Assembly (NCBI GenBank): GCA_003649205.1
Contig: QMRC01000011.1
Coordinates: forward strand, 1-59,968
Reading direction: 5' to 3'
Origin: Thermoprotei archaeon
GTDB taxonomy: Archaea; Thermoproteota; Thermoprotei; Thermoproteales; B15-G16
Length of the DNA: 59,968 nt
In this document: piece by piece, positions 58,010 through 59,968 of the stretch
Layout: every line of letters begins with the position of its first letter
Numbering within the stretch: position 1 is the stretch's first letter
Made by a program: the position numbers and the translations under genes
Notes under the pieces: model-generated
Databases searched by the model: none
Seen by the model: only the letters and a program-made list of their open reading frames with translations
Told to the model about the DNA's origin: nothing

Positions 58010-59043
58010 CTAGAGGTTAACCAGTTCTTCAAGCTACGGCTCAACTTAATCCACCTACTCAAATAATCACTAGATCCAGTCTTCACAATGATACTCAATG
58101 GAGGGTCACTACAGCAATCTAAGCTCCTAGATATCGGTCCAGGAACCATCACAAACTCAAGATCTCTCGAACGAACCTTAATAGCTGATAAGAGGTACGT
58201 CAGTACAGTGAGTACAGTACCTACAGACTTGAAGCCTATATCGACCTCAGATGGTATCTGCTTTGGAGTAACGAGCTGAATAGGAAGACCGAGTAGATCA
58301 CTAGCAGAAGCAACGTCTTCCCTCGATGTTATTAGGATCGGTGTCACTCCTATACCGAACTGTGCTCTAATAGCTCTAGACAGTCTAAAGTAGAGACTAA
58401 ATACACCAATACCAACACCAATACCCAACGTGACCTCAGTAATGGGTAGTACCTTAGATGCATTGAGTAGATCGTGAAGTCCCAGAATAGTACGAGCTAA
58501 CTCGACATCTATTAAGTACTCACTAACCCTAAGACCAAGAGACTTAATGAAGTTCACCTGCAACTCATCAGGTAGAGGATTGTGTTCGTGAAGCAGCCTC
58601 ACTAGGTTCTCCTTAACATGATCAGGAATAGCAAAGTACGTAGTCTGTATCCTAGCTCTAAAGCTATGAGCTACAGAGAGCCAGTACCTAGCAAGAGAGT
58701 GACAGCAACCATACCACAGAGCTGTCTCATCAAACACTACAATAGGTAACCTCGAACCAGGTAGTGCGTATAGAGACTCGAGAAACTTAGCAAAGGAGTA
58801 CTTCAAGTCAGCAAAAGCAATATCCTCACCACTAAAGTGAAGACTCCACCACACAGCAACATCAAGTGGTAGTGAGCACCAAGACCAAGTACCTCCTCGA
58901 CTTCTCACTAACCTAAGTCTCTGTCCACTAAGTGAAATACGTAGTATAGACTCATCACCACATGAAATCTCAAACTCATCACTAACACTAAGCAAGTACG
59001 TAACTACAGGTAGTAAGTCACTAGACCTAATTCGTATTATCAT
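58006..59043 (-). CDS. degenerate PIN-like protein, paralog of 48879-49946
   Basis: VVFDETAL, ILITSREDVA; C-terminus LSRWIKLSRSLK vs LLNWIKLSKTIR. Confidence 0.6.
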   Translation of the reverse strand: MIIRIRSSDLLPVVTYLLSVSDEFEISCGDESILRISLSGQRLRLVRSRGGTWSWCSLPLDVAVWWSLHFSGEDIAFADLKYSFAKFLESLYALPGSRLPIVVFDETALWYGCCHSLARYWLSVAHSFRARIQTTYFAIPDHVKENLVRLLHEHNPLPDELQVNFIKSLGLRVSEYLIDVELARTILGLHDLLNASKVLPITEVTLGIGVGIGVFSLYFRLSRAIRAQFGIGVTPILITSREDVASASDLLGLPIQLVTPKQIPSEVDIGFKSVGTVLTVLTYLLSAIKVRSRDLEFVMVPGPISRSLDCCSDPPLSIIVKTGSSDYLSRWIKLSRSLKNWLTSS

Positions 59044-59531
59044 ACCTTCCTCTCGAGAATAACTATGTTTGAGTAGTACTTAGGAATATCAGTGAAAGGT
59101 AGGTTCTCAAACTCACGACTTCTAAGCGATAGATATGTCACGTACTTAGCATCGATATCGGTAGCTAACTTGTAGAGAGCTATGGACATGGGCTTAGTAC
59201 CAGCAGTAACATCAACAACACGAACTAGATCTCCATACCTCTCTACAACCCTCTTACGGAGCTTACTCCAGATATCGTAGATATCAAATGGATCGACCTC
59301 AACATAATCAACTTCAGGAACTTCCCTACCAAAGTACGTAGCAACCTCACGGAGACAACGCCCAATAGAGTCAATGAACCTAATAGTGTTGGAACTAGCT
59401 CCAAGCAAGACATACTTGATACGTAACCTACGTAACTCATCATGCATGAGGTAGTGAGCATACACATTAACAACAACAATAGGTGTAGCACCAACACAAG
59501 TAATTAACACAGCATTTGAATCCGAACTCAT
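59040..59531 (-). CDS. stand-alone CARF protein
   Basis: LITCVGATP, VDVTAGTKPMS, VTYL. Confidence 0.8.
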   Translation of the reverse strand: MSSDSNAVLITCVGATPIVVVNVYAHYLMHDELRRLRIKYVLLGASSNTIRFIDSIGRCLREVATYFGREVPEVDYVEVDPFDIYDIWSKLRKRVVERYGDLVRVVDVTAGTKPMSIALYKLATDIDAKYVTYLSLRSREFENLPFTDIPKYYSNIVILERKV

Positions 59532-59818
59532 AGGACGAACTCCCTCTCCAAAGACTCCCTTTCACCGTAATCCTCATGACAAATAACCATAGATCTACTA
59601 GAGCAAGAACTACACAGAGGGATAACCAGTACGTGAACCCTGTACATGCTAGACAAGACCTTCAACCTAAGTACTAATTCACTAAGTCTACCTGGAGGTA
59701 TATCAAGCTCAAAGACACTGTACTGAACCTCACAACCACCAAAATCACGAAGAAGTTCCCTCAACCTAACTCTACACTCCTCAGAATCCGTATCGTAGCA
59801 GACAATAACCCTAACCAT
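59528..59818 (-). CDS. cas2: Cas2
   Basis: VIVCYDT, LRDFG..VQYSVFE, IPLCSSC. Confidence 0.9.
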   Translation of the reverse strand: MVRVIVCYDTDSEECRVRLRELLRDFGGCEVQYSVFELDIPPGRLSELVLRLKVLSSMYRVHVLVIPLCSSCSSRSMVICHEDYGERESLEREFVL

Positions 59819-59968
59819 ACAGGAGATATCTAGAGACCGAACCTTGATATATCTTTAAGTAAATCTCAGTAGCGATGGTTAGGTACTACAGGATAAGGAA
59901 GGTAGGTAAAACACTAACTATCGAGGTAGACCTAGCTACATTGAGAAAGTACTTACCGAGAGAACGAA

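Noticed and set aside
27331-59818. Type I interference genes or reverse transcriptase
   Set aside because: No cas3/cas7/cas8 or RT (YADD-type) motifs found in the window

Overview
Archaeal DNA, most consistent with a hyperthermophilic Thermoproteota (Thermoprotei) genome: GGTGA-type RBS, C/D-box sRNAs, and a crenarchaeal 16S target. 1-4.5 kb looks like the end of an integrated mobile element (HerA/FtsK-like ATPase, XPD/DinG-like helicase, small ORFs). 4.5-27 kb is mostly housekeeping: sugar ABC transporter, DHDPS-family aldolase, amidohydrolase, alanine dehydrogenase, thrB, CutA, three C/D sRNAs, and duplicated retropepsin-like and coiled-coil genes. 27.3-59.9 kb is a large defence island. 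It holds a type III-B cmr operon, five CARF-family genes, and a CRISPR array of about 64 units whose repeat is only 17 bp (CTTTCAATGTTTGTTTC; crRNA sense GAAACAAACATTGAAAG). Three internal repeats and the leader-side repeat carry a longer 25-27 nt form. The island also has a TGT-like gene with two broken partners, a NurA-HerA-PIN module, cas6, cas4, a Cas1 homolog that appears to lack its catalytic His, cas2, and a short MID-PIWI Argonaute that appears to keep a DEDH tetrad. The ultra-short-repeat array with its divergent adaptation/Argonaute module is the best candidate for an undescribed system. All calls are by eye from motifs; no database searches were run.
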